From Octopus sinensis (Eukaryota), in the NCBI RefSeq assembly GCF_006345805.1, contig NC_043011.1:6386001-6450000 (forward strand): 64,000 bases of DNA, given 5' to 3'. Shown here one piece after another: positions 62,889-64,000 of this stretch (the first letter of the stretch is position 1; the number at the start of each line of letters is the position of its first letter). The position numbers were made by a program, and so were the translations under genes. A model generated the notes under the pieces. The model was given only the letters and a program-made list of their open reading frames with translations. It was not told the origin of the DNA and ran no database searches.

Positions 62889-63750
62889 CTTGTTTTATTT
62901 ATATTTCCTGAGCGCCATACTAATACAATTGTTTGTTTGTATTCCACCTGCCTTCGTCTTTTGTCTATTTTCATAAAGCTTCCCGTTATATATATCCTTT
63001 CCCCCGACCCCTACTTCTTCAGTCCTTCATCCTTTCACCCCTACTCCCCTTCCCTTCTTCCCTCTTTCTCCCTCTCCTTCCCTTCTTCCCTCTTTCTCCC
63101 TCCCTCCTTCCCTCTTCCCCTTCCCTCTGCTCCCTCACTCCCCCTCGACCTCTTTCCTCCTTCCTCCCCCTCCTCCTCTTCCTTCTCCCCCTCCTCTCCT
63201 CTTCCCCCTCTCCTCCCCCTCTCCTCCTCACTACACCACACGACTTCACACATCACATCATGTGTGATGTGCCATGCTAGTACATACACCAACTAATACA
63301 TACTAATACGTACTAATACATACTAATAATACACCAACCCTATACATACACACGTCCAGACCCCTCATACGCACTTATACTCTCTCATACACACACACCA
63401 CAACACTTATACATACTAATACGTACTAATACATACTAATACATACACCAACCCCATACATACGCACGTCCACACCAATCCTACGCAATAATACTCTCTC
63501 AACACACACACACACACACCCTTATACATACTAATACATACACCAACCATATATACACACGTCCAGACCCCTCCTACGCACTATTAGCTGGTCCTTCAAC
63601 CATATCAACCCCATTATCTCCCCTTATTTCGCTCTCGCGTCTCATGTTTGATCTTTGACCTCTGGCCGAAATCAGATCGCCATGTTGATTCGTTAGCTAC
63701 TGCACGCATTTTTTTTCTCCTTCTTTCTGTGTTTTTTTTTCTTCTGTGTA

Positions 63751-63788
63751 TCTTTCTGTTGAAGAGCGTAGGCTCGAAACGTTAAAGA
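63751..63788 (+). ncRNA. Minimal type I hammerhead-like motif, copy 2
   Basis: Identical to 62851-62888. Confidence 0.6.
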
Positions 63789-64000
63789 CTTGTTTTATTT
63801 ATATTTCCTGAGCGCCATACTAATACAATTGTTCGTTTGTTTTCCACCTGCCTTCGTCTTTTGTCTATTTTCATAAAGCTTCCCGTTATATAATATATAT
63901 ATATGATGTATATGTTATATATATATGTATGTGTATTATATATATATGTATGTAATATATATATATGTTAGTATATATGTAGATATATATATATGTTGTG

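Larger units (their letters stand above)
62707..63890 (+). mobile_element. Two 284-bp direct repeats 900 bp apart (Penelope pLTR or retrozyme-like) around a low-complexity spacer
   Basis: 62707-62990 vs 63607-63890; the 5' third is diverged and the 3' part is nearly identical. Confidence 0.75.

Overview
Repeat-saturated, AT-rich eukaryotic DNA. The SINE, LINE and microsatellite landscape is most consistent with an octopus or other cephalopod genome (inference). One host gene is supported: a + strand MGAT4A/B-like N-acetylglucosaminyltransferase IV. Its first four coding exons (9077-9158, 53061-53223, 56875-57050, 62008-62141) have GT-AG sites and matching phases 1/2/1, join into 185 codons, and the gene continues past the window. 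The 43.9-kb first intron holds many nested transposons: three tRNA-headed SINE families, RTE and CR1-clade LINE fragments, a Penelope-like GIY-YIG fragment, a degraded Helitron Rep/helicase split by a TTAA piggyBac derivative and a SINE, and a hAT MITE carrying 2.5 kb of cargo. Elsewhere there is a 44-bp dimeric minisatellite (1-2384), kb-scale (TA/TATG)n and (AAT)n arrays, a 1.5-kb tandem duplication, a complete non-autonomous Helitron in intron 2, and a 100-N gap. The most interesting unexplained signal is a set of hammerhead-ribozyme-like motifs in Penelope-type repeats. These include an identical tandem pair 900 bp apart (retrozyme-like) and a three-stem type I motif, mostly sense to the MGAT4 pre-mRNA. 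Most long ORFs in the supplied track are low-complexity artefacts. All alignments and folds were done by eye.
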